A stretch of 64,000 nucleotides of DNA, taken from contig CAZFOY010000002.1 in NCBI GenBank assembly GCA_964520865.1, forward strand, positions 2,278 to 66,277. Direction: 5' to 3'. The DNA comes from an uncultured Ignavibacteriales bacterium (GTDB taxonomy: Bacteria; Zixibacteria; MSB-5A5; GN15; FEB-12). This document shows positions 8,026 to 17,803 of the stretch, one piece after another (position 1 is the stretch's first letter; every line of letters begins with the position of its first letter). Made by a program: the position numbers and the translations under genes. The notes under the pieces were generated by a model that was not told the origin of the DNA, did no database searches, and saw nothing but the letters and a program-made list of their open reading frames with translations.

Positions 8026-11000
8026 TTACTTATTCTTTGCTGTCACGGGCAGGTGAAACAGCATCTGAGGACTTATCTCCCGTTTCTCGAGATTCTTTCC
8101 CGAGACAAACACCGCCAGAGCTTCGTCCCCTTTCTTCTGGAACATCCTGATAGTAATCGGGTGATAACCGGCTTTCAAGGCGATGGATCCGGGCACTTCC
8201 CCTTCGCCATGGAGTCCGTCGTTGTCAACTATGAGTGAGTCGGCGACCCACAACCGGCTGCCGTCATCCGAGGACAGGTCAAAGTCATACAATCCATCGG
8301 AAGACACCTTGATATAGCCGGTGAATAGCAGGCCGAAGTCTTCGGGTCGGGCAAAATCCGGAATAACGATTGAATCCATGACTGTCTGTTTGACCGGGGC
8401 AAGCGAATCAAAGTCCGGCAAGTTGTCCCAGGATCCTTCATAGTAAGTGCACGCAAGCCCGTTTACAGGATTAGCCGGCGGCTGGACCGCTTCTATCAGC
8501 GTAGCCTTCGTAAACTTCGAGGATATCGAATAAGGGCTGACGCCGTTATCCTTGAAAGCACTCGCTTTTAAGGTAGTTGTCTTGGTCAGCTTGATCGGTT
8601 CCTTGTAAACGGCCGAAGTTATAGTCGGCTCGGAACCGTCGAGCGTGTACCTGATCGTGGCGCCGGGAGTCGGCGACGTGAGACTAACATCGAGATTATC
8701 GAGAAAATCGTGGCGTTTCGCGACAAGGTTCACGATCGCGTTGTCGATTTCATCGTACAACGGATGGGCCGGGACTATTTTATCGTAGGGCGTATTCACC
8801 GCCGTCGCGGCCATGATTCTAATCCGCTTGTCGTTCGGCAACGTAACGTGCTTCGCTCCTTCGGGGAGATCAAGCTCTACGAGGAACAGGTAGGTATATT
8901 CGTAAGCGTCGTTCTCGCCCTTCGGCGTATGCCGATGCGTTCCGACCCACGCAACCGGTTCTCGGTTGATGTAGGCCGGGGCAATCTGACCCCTTTCTTC
9001 GACAAAATTACCCCCGACAAGCCGATTGTTCCACTGGCCGAGCTTCTCATGATAATCCTGCACCCAGACGTTCGTCTCCTTGCCGTCGACGGAGAATTTG
9101 CCTTCAGCAGGTCCGTCGACTGCGGCAGCGAGGATGTAGCAGCGATTGAATGTACCGGCCGGGATATTCAAGTCCTGTCCTTCGCATACCACAACATTGT
9201 TCTCACCGTCTTTCTTTGGTCCGAACTTGAACGCGACATTCTTGTAAACGAGCAACTCCGGCAGCAGGTCTCCGGCTATCGTGTAGGCGTGACCATCGAA
9301 ATCACCATCGGTCCGATTCTCGTTGGTGCTGATGCCGTCGTGGTTGAACGGCATTTCGAGAACGGCACTTAGCGGTGTCTCGACCGGCCGCTCCTTGGCA
9401 GGCGAGAGTGTAACGGCAATTGTCCTCGGCTGGTACTTCTTGAAAGACAAATCCAGCGACCCGTTGTCCACGGTCAATGGACCGATTTCCTCTTCGGACC
9501 CGTTAAGCTCCCTGGCCGACGCAATCGGACGGTCAAAACTCATCTTTAGGCCATCGACCGGAGATCCGGTCAATTCGCGCATCCTGACTACGATCTGACT
9601 TGTATCTTCAGCTTTCTTCACCGCTGTTATCATGACCGGGGCCGGTTGATTCGGGGCATCGGACTTGACCAGAGACAACATTGATAAAGTCTTTCCCATT
9701 GTTCCCTTGTGTTCAGGGACCTGAAAAGCATAGAGCGGCTGATTAAGCCTCGCACCTTCCCACGCGATGTCGCCCTTCCGCCAGTCACCTGCATGTCCGA
9801 CGATCGCAAAGGTGAACCGATGATGCCCTTCGTCCATGGATCTCTGATCGCCGACCCACGACCAGTTTTCATACACACCCGGAGTGTGAATCAGGGTCAG
9901 CCGAAGTGTTCCTGAATCCGGATGGTCCCATCCGTACTTGCAGTCGTTGAGAACAGCGACTCCATAAGATCCATCGGGCGAAGTCATATCGGCCCACTGA
10001 TGGGCCGGGACCTCGTACAGCTTCGGCTGATCGATACCGCGCTGGATCGTGCCGAGCCCAAGATCGTAGGTGACCTTTTCGTTCGCGCATGTCAGCGGGA
10101 AAGCTGCCTTGAGAAGCGTTTCGCGTTCGTACCAATCGACCGTATTGTTCACTTCGACCCGACTTCCGCTCGCGCCGGCGCCGAGGCTGACGACCTGGTG
10201 GAAATCACTGTTAGGGGTATGCCGGGTGATTTCAAGACTCACCCGTACCGGTCCGTTTTCAATTACTCTTATTTCAGCCGGTTTGTCTGAGACCGTTTTG
10301 GGAGTGTCGATAATGTCTTCATACTGAATTTCCCAGGCAGGCCACTGTTTCGGTTTGTCGTGAAGCATCTGCAGCGAAGCAGGGGCAGACAGCAGTTCCC
10401 GATTCAGAGCTTTGTCGAACACGGAAGTAATATCGCCGTACTGATTCAACTTGACGGTGTACTGTTGGTTGTCCAGTTGGCTTGAGGTCGCGGACAGCCC
10501 TGTCTGAATTGCGCAAGGCTTGTCTGACGGCCGAACGTCGTAGACCGCATAACCGACCGAGGGGGCGTGGGCAAGGAAGATCACGTGCGCCTTGCCGCTA
10601 TTGATGCTAAGAACCTGAGATGGGACCTCTTTGTTGTCCGGGCCGTAAACTCTGAATGAGGCAGGGGTCTTTCCCTCGAAATTGATATCGACGTCAGCGA
10701 TATCCTGCCGGTCAATGGCAAGCGGATTGTAGATAAGCACCGGAGTTCCTTTGGCTCGGGTATCGAGAACCGGTGAGGTTGCCTCCACCGCGTTTTGAAG
10801 GACACCGGCGAATCTATTAAGGCAGAGGATCTCATCGTTCCATGAGAATTCATAAGCTTCAGGAATGCTGGTCCCGGTGACATCGTCGTGAAATTGGTGC
10901 CAGATGAACCGAATCCAGGTATCGCGAAGGAATTCCCGTGGGTAGCGATACCCGCCCATCGATTCGGCGATAACGGAAGCACGTTCGGCGGCATCGCCGA

Positions 11001-11988
11001 GCTGTTCGTTCTTCCGGTTCCATCGCTTCATGGCAGCCTCGGAGCTGTAACACCCGACGCCGTGATGGGTCATCAGGAGTTCCCCGTTGTATACCGGAAG
11101 ATGAATGTTTTTCTGGGCCGTTACCGAGTCATAGAGCTGATCTGAAGTGATGTTCTCGACTTTGAGCGGTCCATCGCTCTTCTCCGATTTGGTCAGCCAG
11201 TCGACCGACAGAGAGTCGGGCGCCCCGCCTGTATCTCCGGTCCCGAAATACATAACGCCGGCGTACAGACCCGAGGAATCCCCCTGATTGTTCACTTTCC
11301 TCAGCCAGGTGGTGTCACGGCTCATGTCGTGCTTGAGTTGTGTTCCGTAAGAACCCGGATTCACTGCCGACACCAGCCGGGAACCGTCGACACCCTCCCA
11401 GAGGCCGATGTCGAACGGTACGCCGACAGCCGATCCCCAGGTAAGCTTCTGTGTGGAGAAGCTCTTGAGACCGCAGTGTGCCGCAATTGAGGGGAGAGCA
11501 TAGCCGAATCCAAAGCAGTCGGGGAGAAAGACGTCGTTGCTGGTTTTGCCGAATTCACGTTTGAAATAGCCGTTGCCGTACAGCGTCTGGCGTACCAGCG
11601 ACTCGAAGGATGGAATGTTTACATCCATCGCATCAACCCAGCTTCCTGTGACATGCCAGCGTCCTTCGGCGATGTATTTCTTCAGTTGTGCGAACTCCTC
11701 GGGATAATATTCCTGAAGAAGCATATAATGGAAAGCGCCTTCCCAGCCAAAGGTGTAGCTGGGATATTCCCGCATGAGTTTGAAATTGTCGTGGAAGGTT
11801 GCGGGGACGAATTCGTTGATCGTATTTTGTATCGTCCAGCGCCACTGCGTGTCGAGGTGCGAGGTGCCGACCGCCCACAGGCGTTTGGCCGGCATGCCGG
11901 AGGTATCCGGTGATGGTTGAGTCTTTCCTGTCATGAAGAATCCTACCGTAAAGATGCAGACTGCTATAATACTGTTTCGCATACACAC
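8026..11988 (-). CDS. secreted GH38 alpha-mannosidase with C-terminal chitobiase/hexosaminidase-C-like and PA14 domains
   Basis: GH38 N-domain GTSHLDTQWRWT, central WHQFHDDVTGTS. Near the C-terminus, ATIRYTLDGSEPT (CHB_HEX_C-like) followed by PA14-like YYEGSW...GYIKVSSDGLYDFDLSSDDGSRLWV. N-terminal signal/TM present. Confidence 0.9.
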   Translation of the reverse strand: MCMRNSIIAVCIFTVGFFMTGKTQPSPDTSGMPAKRLWAVGTSHLDTQWRWTIQNTINEFVPATFHDNFKLMREYPSYTFGWEGAFHYMLLQEYYPEEFAQLKKYIAEGRWHVTGSWVDAMDVNIPSFESLVRQTLYGNGYFKREFGKTSNDVFLPDCFGFGYALPSIAAHCGLKSFSTQKLTWGSAVGVPFDIGLWEGVDGSRLVSAVNPGSYGTQLKHDMSRDTTWLRKVNNQGDSSGLYAGVMYFGTGDTGGAPDSLSVDWLTKSEKSDGPLKVENITSDQLYDSVTAQKNIHLPVYNGELLMTHHGVGCYSSEAAMKRWNRKNEQLGDAAERASVIAESMGGYRYPREFLRDTWIRFIWHQFHDDVTGTSIPEAYEFSWNDEILCLNRFAGVLQNAVEATSPVLDTRAKGTPVLIYNPLAIDRQDIADVDINFEGKTPASFRVYGPDNKEVPSQVLSINSGKAHVIFLAHAPSVGYAVYDVRPSDKPCAIQTGLSATSSQLDNQQYTVKLNQYGDITSVFDKALNRELLSAPASLQMLHDKPKQWPAWEIQYEDIIDTPKTVSDKPAEIRVIENGPVRVSLEITRHTPNSDFHQVVSLGAGASGSRVEVNNTVDWYERETLLKAAFPLTCANEKVTYDLGLGTIQRGIDQPKLYEVPAHQWADMTSPDGSYGVAVLNDCKYGWDHPDSGTLRLTLIHTPGVYENWSWVGDQRSMDEGHHRFTFAIVGHAGDWRKGDIAWEGARLNQPLYAFQVPEHKGTMGKTLSMLSLVKSDAPNQPAPVMITAVKKAEDTSQIVVRMRELTGSPVDGLKMSFDRPIASARELNGSEEEIGPLTVDNGSLDLSFKKYQPRTIAVTLSPAKERPVETPLSAVLEMPFNHDGISTNENRTDGDFDGHAYTIAGDLLPELLVYKNVAFKFGPKKDGENNVVVCEGQDLNIPAGTFNRCYILAAAVDGPAEGKFSVDGKETNVWVQDYHEKLGQWNNRLVGGNFVEERGQIAPAYINREPVAWVGTHRHTPKGENDAYEYTYLFLVELDLPEGAKHVTLPNDKRIRIMAATAVNTPYDKIVPAHPLYDEIDNAIVNLVAKRHDFLDNLDVSLTSPTPGATIRYTLDGSEPTITSAVYKEPIKLTKTTTLKASAFKDNGVSPYSISSKFTKATLIEAVQPPANPVNGLACTYYEGSWDNLPDFDSLAPVKQTVMDSIVIPDFARPEDFGLLFTGYIKVSSDGLYDFDLSSDDGSRLWVADSLIVDNDGLHGEGEVPGSIALKAGYHPITIRMFQKKGDEALAVFVSGKNLEKREISPQMLFHLPVTAKNK

Positions 11989-12043
11989 CTCCTGTGTAAT
12001 CAGCGCTTTTCGAGAAGCGGTCGGTGATGTTGAACGAGGATCG

Positions 12044-13423
12044 CTATCCGGAGAATCTGAATCCTCGTTGTTTCAATCTATCGAGCAAGACCGCGGCGAG
12101 GATCACTCCGCCGAGGACGACTTTTTGGGTGTAACTTTCCACATTCGTGAGATTCATGCCGTTCTGGATGACGGCGATAATGAACGCTCCGATCAATGTT
12201 CCGGAGATTCGTCCTTCGCCACCCATCAGGCTGGTGCCCCCTACAACCACGGCTGCAATAACATATAACTCATACGTCAGGCCGTAGGTCGGAGCGCCAC
12301 TTTTTAACTGCGAGGCCATGATGACTCCGCCGAGGCCGGCCAGGAGTCCGCAGATGACATAAGCCCAGAACAGAATTAACTTCACGCGAATCCCGGACAG
12401 ACGGGCAGCTTCAGGATTGCCGCCTACGGCGTAAATGTATCGTCCAATCGTGGTTCGAGTCATTACGATGTGGGCGAGAACGTACAAGACGATCATCAGG
12501 ATGACGGCGTAAGGGATATTGAACAGCGGATCGGCGCCGCGACCGAGCAAAATAAATCCGTCGGGGAGCTGATATATCGGCTTTCCCTGCGATATGATAT
12601 AGGCAAACCCGGCCGCCACCTGCATCATCGACAGCGTGGCGATAAACGGAGGAATGCCGAATCCGGTGATCATCACGCCGCTGAACGCGCCGGTCGCCGC
12701 GCATACGAGGATGCCGCCGAGTCCGGCGATGAGGACAGCCGTGGTCGAGGCCGAAGCTCCGCCCATATGACCTACGATCCACGCAGTCACAACTGCCGAA
12801 AGTGCGATCAGACTGCCGACCGACAAGTCGATTCCGGCGGTGATAATGACAATGGTCATACCGATCGCGATAATTGCTATGACCGTTATTTGATTGGCTA
12901 CATTGCGCAGATTGTCGGCAAGCAGAAAGGTCGGCCAGCGGTAAGTCGGGGGCGTCACGATCTCACTCGATTGATAGTCCTTCAACTGTGACACGATCGC
13001 GCCGATCACGGCCGAAAATGATTGAGTGGTGGCGATGATCTGAGGAACTTCCTTCCGCAACGCGACCTGACTGAGGGAATCGCGAAGAACACTCGGCTCG
13101 CTGGAGAAGATAATGCGCGATGGAATCGAGGATTCCTTGAGCTTTCTCTCTAAAGTGTTCGCGAAGAGGGAGTCTTCGCCGTTTACTCGCGCGACTATAA
13201 GCACGCCGCTGTTCAGAGATTGGTTCTGCTTCAGAGAGGTCATTAGCTTTTCTGCGGCGCTTGACCCTGTTGGCGACTGCTCTCTCAATGTGAGCACGGA
13301 AAAGAGGAGACACAGGATAAGCAGAACTCCCAGCATGCCATAGTCACCGAGAATCTTCGACCATCGGCCCCGACTCGCTTTAGGGCGTTCCGTCCGTACC
13401 GATTTCTTCGTCTCTTCAGTCAC
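12044..13423 (-). CDS. sugar ABC transporter permease (RbsC/AraH family) with about 150-aa N-terminal extension
   Basis: The C-terminal 310 aa are a typical ribose-type permease core (GIDLSVGS..., GGTSLMGGEG). GTGA overlap with the upstream ATPase stop. Confidence 0.85.
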   Translation of the reverse strand: MTEETKKSVRTERPKASRGRWSKILGDYGMLGVLLILCLLFSVLTLREQSPTGSSAAEKLMTSLKQNQSLNSGVLIVARVNGEDSLFANTLERKLKESSIPSRIIFSSEPSVLRDSLSQVALRKEVPQIIATTQSFSAVIGAIVSQLKDYQSSEIVTPPTYRWPTFLLADNLRNVANQITVIAIIAIGMTIVIITAGIDLSVGSLIALSAVVTAWIVGHMGGASASTTAVLIAGLGGILVCAATGAFSGVMITGFGIPPFIATLSMMQVAAGFAYIISQGKPIYQLPDGFILLGRGADPLFNIPYAVILMIVLYVLAHIVMTRTTIGRYIYAVGGNPEAARLSGIRVKLILFWAYVICGLLAGLGGVIMASQLKSGAPTYGLTYELYVIAAVVVGGTSLMGGEGRISGTLIGAFIIAVIQNGMNLTNVESYTQKVVLGGVILAAVLLDRLKQRGFRFSG

Positions 13424-14940
13424 GATACCGCCAAAGCCATGACATCTTCGTGCCTGGCTGTTTTAGGGTTGGTGATCTCGCCTGAAATTTCACCTTCGCG
13501 CATCACCAGTATCCGGTCGCTGATCCCGAGAACCTCCGGAAGCTCCGAAGAAATGACGATGATCACTTTCCCCTGTGCCGCGAGTTCGTTGATAAGCAGA
13601 TAGGTTTCATACTTGGCGCCGACATCGATCCCACGCGTCGGTTCATCGAATATGATAACTTTCGAATCGGTCTCAAGCCAGCGGGCGACGAGGAGCTTCT
13701 GCTGGTTACCACCCGACAGATGCTCGGCCGGCTGCTCCGGTCCGGTGACTCGGATGTTAAGGGCGGACACTCGTCCCGCGAAGCGAGAGCGTTCTTGCTT
13801 CTTATTGATCCATCCGAATCGGGACCAGCTGCGGAGATTGGGGAGAGCGAAATTCTCCTCGACCGATGCCCCCAATATCAGCCCCTGTCGTTTCCGATCC
13901 TCCGTCAGCAGACATATTCCGGATCGGATAGCATCACGGGGAGAGGAGATATGAAGACGGCGACCATCGAGCTCGACTTCTCCGCTGATCGCCGGATCGG
14001 CGCCGAATATAAGGCGGGCGAGCTCGGTGCGTCCGGCCCCCATGAGACCGGCCAGTCCGAGTACTTCGCCTCGTTTCACCGCGAACGAAATCGGCCCGAG
14101 GCCTGGACCCGCGAGATTTCGGACTACAAAACAAATATCTTTCGGAGCAGGTCTGTGTCTGGGAAATTCGTCTTCAAGCGACCGTCCGACCATCTGTTCG
14201 ATCAGCTGTCGTCGCGTGTAATTCTGAGAGGTGCGGGTGTCGATTGTCAATCCGTCGCGCATGACTGTGATGCGGTCGGCAATCTCAAAAATCTCGTCGA
14301 GGCGGTGGCTGATGAAGATGACTCCGATTCCTCGACCGGTGATCTCCTTCAGAATATCGAATAGAGCTTCGACTTCGCGGGGAGCCAGCGCCGCCGTCGG
14401 TTCATCCATCACCAGAACACGACACTCCGAGAGCAGGGCTCGCGCGATCTCGACCAGCTGTTGTTGCGCAACCGTCAATTCAGAAACGAGGGTATCTGAG
14501 TCAAGGCTGAGGCCCAGGCGCTCGAGGACCGGCTCGCATTGAGTACGCTCGAAATTGTTGTCGATTATCCCGTGATGAGTCCGTTCACGTCCAAGAAAGA
14601 GGTTGGCGCGAACAGTCATGGCAGGCACTAGTGTAAACTCCTGGTGGATCGCCGCGATCCCGGCATGTCGCGCCTCAACAGGTGAATGGAATTCAATCGG
14701 CTGACCATCGATCTCAATCGTCCCGCTGTCCGGCCGGTGCACTCCGGTGAGTATTTTGATCAGCGTGCTCTTACCTGCACCGTTCTCGCCGACAAGTGCG
14801 TGGATCTCCCCGGGCCGTAGATCGAAATTCCCATTCCCGACCGCCTGCACGCCCGGAAACGACTTCCTGAGTGCGGTCATACGCACGAGCGGACGGCCGG
14901 TGACTTCCGATCGGCCCTTGTCTGAACGGGGTTCGGTCAT
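13420..14940 (-). CDS. sugar ABC transporter ATP-binding protein, duplicated ABC domains (RbsA/MglA family)
   Basis: Two nucleotide-binding domains: GENGAGKST / LTVAQQQLVEIARAL and LSGGNQQKLLVARWL / IIFDEPTRGID. Confidence 0.9.
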   Translation of the reverse strand: MTEPRSDKGRSEVTGRPLVRMTALRKSFPGVQAVGNGNFDLRPGEIHALVGENGAGKSTLIKILTGVHRPDSGTIEIDGQPIEFHSPVEARHAGIAAIHQEFTLVPAMTVRANLFLGRERTHHGIIDNNFERTQCEPVLERLGLSLDSDTLVSELTVAQQQLVEIARALLSECRVLVMDEPTAALAPREVEALFDILKEITGRGIGVIFISHRLDEIFEIADRITVMRDGLTIDTRTSQNYTRRQLIEQMVGRSLEDEFPRHRPAPKDICFVVRNLAGPGLGPISFAVKRGEVLGLAGLMGAGRTELARLIFGADPAISGEVELDGRRLHISSPRDAIRSGICLLTEDRKRQGLILGASVEENFALPNLRSWSRFGWINKKQERSRFAGRVSALNIRVTGPEQPAEHLSGGNQQKLLVARWLETDSKVIIFDEPTRGIDVGAKYETYLLINELAAQGKVIIVISSELPEVLGISDRILVMREGEISGEITNPKTARHEDVMALAVS

Positions 14941-14950
14941 TCTCTAAGAA

Positions 14951-15907
14951 TCAATTGGCATCCTGCTGAGTGTAGAGGGCGCAGGGAATCAAGATAGTCG
15001 GAGGAACTTCTTCGCCGGAAACGTATGCTTTGACAGCTCCGATTGTTCTCTCGCCGATCACGTGTGGCTGCTGGATAACATCGGCGTATATCTTACCTGC
15101 TTTAATTGCCGCCCGCGCTTCGGGCACGGCATCGAACCCGACGATAGTTATCTGCCCGCTCTTGCCGGCTTTCTCGACCGCCGCGAGGGCGCCGAGGGCG
15201 GAGTCGTCGTTAATGCCGAATATCGCGGTCAAATCCGGATGGGCCTGGATAATGTCCTCGGCCGTTCGGAACGCCTGATCTTTGACCCCGTGGCCGGACA
15301 GTTTGGCGACAATCTTTAAACCGGGATACTTGGCCAGTTCGTCTTCGAATCCCTTCACCCGCTGAATAACCGACTCAACTTCCGGATGGTCGATTATCGC
15401 AACCTTACCGGTGCCATTCAACGCCTTGGCGATCGCCTGCGCGGCGAGTGCGCCGCCGGCGATGTTGTCCGAAGCCACGTGAGACACGACTTTGACTCCT
15501 TCAGCCAGGCAGGCGATATCGGCGGTAAAGACCGGAATACCGGCGTCGTTGGCCGCCTTGATCGCCGTGCCGATCGATTTGGAGTCGCAGGGAGAGACGA
15601 TGATGGCGTCTACCTTTCGGACGATGAAATCCTGAATCTGATCCTTCTGCTTTGCGACGTCAAACTCGCCCGCCGTAACGAGCAGTTGATAACCGGCCGA
15701 ATCGGCCGCGTCTTTCAGCCCTGCCTCGAGTTCCTGATAGAAGGGGTGAGTTCGCGTGAGCAACGACACACCGATAGTCAATTTAGGCTGTTTGGTGGTC
15801 ACTTTTGCGGAAGCGTTGTCGGTTTCGCTCTTGTGGCATCCTGCCAGGAGCATTGCCGCCAAAACGATACTGCTGATTGAACCTGCGATGATGAATTTTC
15901 TGAACAT
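14951..15907 (-). CDS. sugar ABC transporter substrate-binding lipoprotein (RbsB-like periplasmic binding protein)
   Basis: Lipobox LLAGC. Type I periplasmic binding fold sequence (IGVSLLTRTHPFYQEL...VDAIIVSP...IPVFTADI). Confidence 0.85.
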   Translation of the reverse strand: MFRKFIIAGSISSIVLAAMLLAGCHKSETDNASAKVTTKQPKLTIGVSLLTRTHPFYQELEAGLKDAADSAGYQLLVTAGEFDVAKQKDQIQDFIVRKVDAIIVSPCDSKSIGTAIKAANDAGIPVFTADIACLAEGVKVVSHVASDNIAGGALAAQAIAKALNGTGKVAIIDHPEVESVIQRVKGFEDELAKYPGLKIVAKLSGHGVKDQAFRTAEDIIQAHPDLTAIFGINDDSALGALAAVEKAGKSGQITIVGFDAVPEARAAIKAGKIYADVIQQPHVIGERTIGAVKAYVSGEEVPPTILIPCALYTQQDAN

Positions 15908-16082
15908 GGCCTACCTCGTGTGCAGTTTTGCGAATGGCAACCGGCGGAGCCGGCCGAAAGTCTTTAATCCGTTAAACATAAACCAACCGCCGGAAAGCGG
16001 CAAGTGAATTGTATCGACCCCGGTGCGCAGGTTCGAAATCTCTTTAGCGAGTAGTAAAAAATCCATATTATGAAATGATGAG

Positions 16083-16961
16083 ATGACCTTCGAATCCGGT
16101 AAGGAGGTTAGTGTGGAAGAATCGAAAAAAATAGTGATAATCTCCGACGGTACGGGGAAAACGGCCAAGCGGCTCATGGACTCGGTGCTCGCGCAGTACT
16201 CCATCGATGAAGTTGAGTTCTCGCTGATCAATATTTACCAGGAAGTGCGGGATAGGAAGAAGATAGACAAGCTGCTGAATGAGATTCAGGACGACTACCT
16301 GGTCGTCTTTTCGATTATCTCTGAATCGCTCGCCCGATATATGCATGAGAAGCTGTCGAGGCGGGCAGTTCTGCACTTGAACGTGCTCGAGCCGATGCTC
16401 AATACGATGTCAAAATTCCTCGGGGTGCATCCCGATTACCAGCCGGGCATTCTGCAGATCATCGACGATCGCTATTACAAGAAGGTCGATGCGATCGGTT
16501 TCACGGTAGAGCATGACGACGGTCAGGGACACCTGACGGGCGACGCCGACATCATCCTGCTCGGGCTTTCACGTACGTGCAAGACACCGATAAGCATGTA
16601 CCTCGCCTGCAACTACGGCCTGAAGGTGGCGAATATCCCGATTTTTCCCGGCAACACAATGGAGCAGGTGCTATCCTCCCGGCTTGTCAAGGCGAAGCAC
16701 GATCATATATTCGGCCTGCTGATGCAGCCTGAGGTGCTGATGCATGTCCGGGAAGAGCGGCTGGCCTATCTCGCCCGTACGAGCAGCTCCCAGCTGGAAC
16801 TGAAAACGTACTATGATTTACGCGATATTCGCGCAGAACTTCGATTTTGCCGCGAACTGTTCGGGCGCAAGAAGTGGAAGACTATCGATGTGACCCGAAG
16901 GGCAATCGAAGAGATCTCCATGGAGCTGCTCGAGCAGATCGGGCTCAGTCCGTATCATTGA
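16083..16961 (+). CDS. ppsR: pyruvate, water/phosphate dikinase regulatory protein (bifunctional kinase/pyrophosphorylase, DUF299)
   Basis: VIISDGTGKTAKRL N-terminal motif and GLSRTCKTPISMYLA P-loop region. Typical length (292 aa). Confidence 0.8.
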   Translation: MTFESGKEVSVEESKKIVIISDGTGKTAKRLMDSVLAQYSIDEVEFSLINIYQEVRDRKKIDKLLNEIQDDYLVVFSIISESLARYMHEKLSRRAVLHLNVLEPMLNTMSKFLGVHPDYQPGILQIIDDRYYKKVDAIGFTVEHDDGQGHLTGDADIILLGLSRTCKTPISMYLACNYGLKVANIPIFPGNTMEQVLSSRLVKAKHDHIFGLLMQPEVLMHVREERLAYLARTSSSQLELKTYYDLRDIRAELRFCRELFGRKKWKTIDVTRRAIEEISMELLEQIGLSPYH

Positions 16962-17074
16962 CTTCTTTCGCCTGAATTAATAGAGCGGAGGTCCCGAAAC
17001 CCGGATTTAGTTTCGCCCGGAAGGTCGGGAAAATCGTATTGGCTATTGATATTACGATCGCGATACTTTGAGAT

Positions 17075-17803
17075 GTGAGTGCAGAGGATATAGTCGTGAC
17101 CGAAAACAGATGGCTTAGAACGGTCGAGGTCTGTAAGTACTATCGACGCGGACCGCACGAGGTGCGGGCGGTCGATGGTGTCTCGCTGGGAATCGATCGG
17201 GGCGACAATATCGGAATTGTAGGTGCCTCCGGTTCCGGCAAGTCGACCCTGCTGAATCTTATGGCGGGGCTCGATACGCCGACCTCGGGAACGATAGATT
17301 TCGATGGTACCTCGCTGACTTCGCTCGATCGACGAGAGATCTCATCGTACCGGGCCCACAAGGTCGGCATGGTCTTTCAGTCGTTCAATCTCATTCCCCA
17401 TTTCACGGCGCAGAGAAATGTAGAGTTAGCCTTGTATTTCAATGACACGCCGCCAGACGAGCGCCGGAAACGAGCAATTACAATGCTTGCCCGGCTCGGT
17501 ATGGCTGATCGTCTCGACCACCGTCCCGCCGATCTTTCCGGCGGAGAACAGCAGAGAGTCGCCATTGCCCGCGCGCTCGTGAAGAAACCGGAAATCTTGT
17601 TTGCCGATGAACCGACCGGAAATCTCGACCAGACCAACAGCCTGCAAATAGCGGAACTTCTCAGAGAGCTTAACGAAGAAGGATTGACAATTGTACTGGT
17701 GACGCACGACGCCGAGATGGCCCAAAGGTGCGTGAATCGGATTGTCAGGATGCACTACGGCAAAATTGTCGACGATTCTGAAGCAGGGGAGGGGGGCCAA
17801 TGA
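17075..17803 (+). CDS. ABC transporter ATP-binding protein (MacB/LolD family)
   Basis: GTG start. [36 protein letters not shown]. Confidence 0.9.
   Translation: MSAEDIVVTENRWLRTVEVCKYYRRGPHEVRAVDGVSLGIDRGDNIGIVGASGSGKSTLLNLMAGLDTPTSGTIDFDGTSLTSLDRREISSYRAHKVGMVFQSFNLIPHFTAQRNVELALYFNDTPPDERRKRAITMLARLGMADRLDHRPADLSGGEQQRVAIARALVKKPEILFADEPTGNLDQTNSLQIAELLRELNEEGLTIVLVTHDAEMAQRCVNRIVRMHYGKIVDDSEAGEGGQ

Noticed and set aside
16083-16100. TTCGAATCC, a tRNA T-loop-like string
   Set aside because: The flanking sequence is AT-rich and cannot form acceptor, D or anticodon arms. The string lies in the first codons of ppsR. I found no tRNA, rRNA or tmRNA anywhere in the window.
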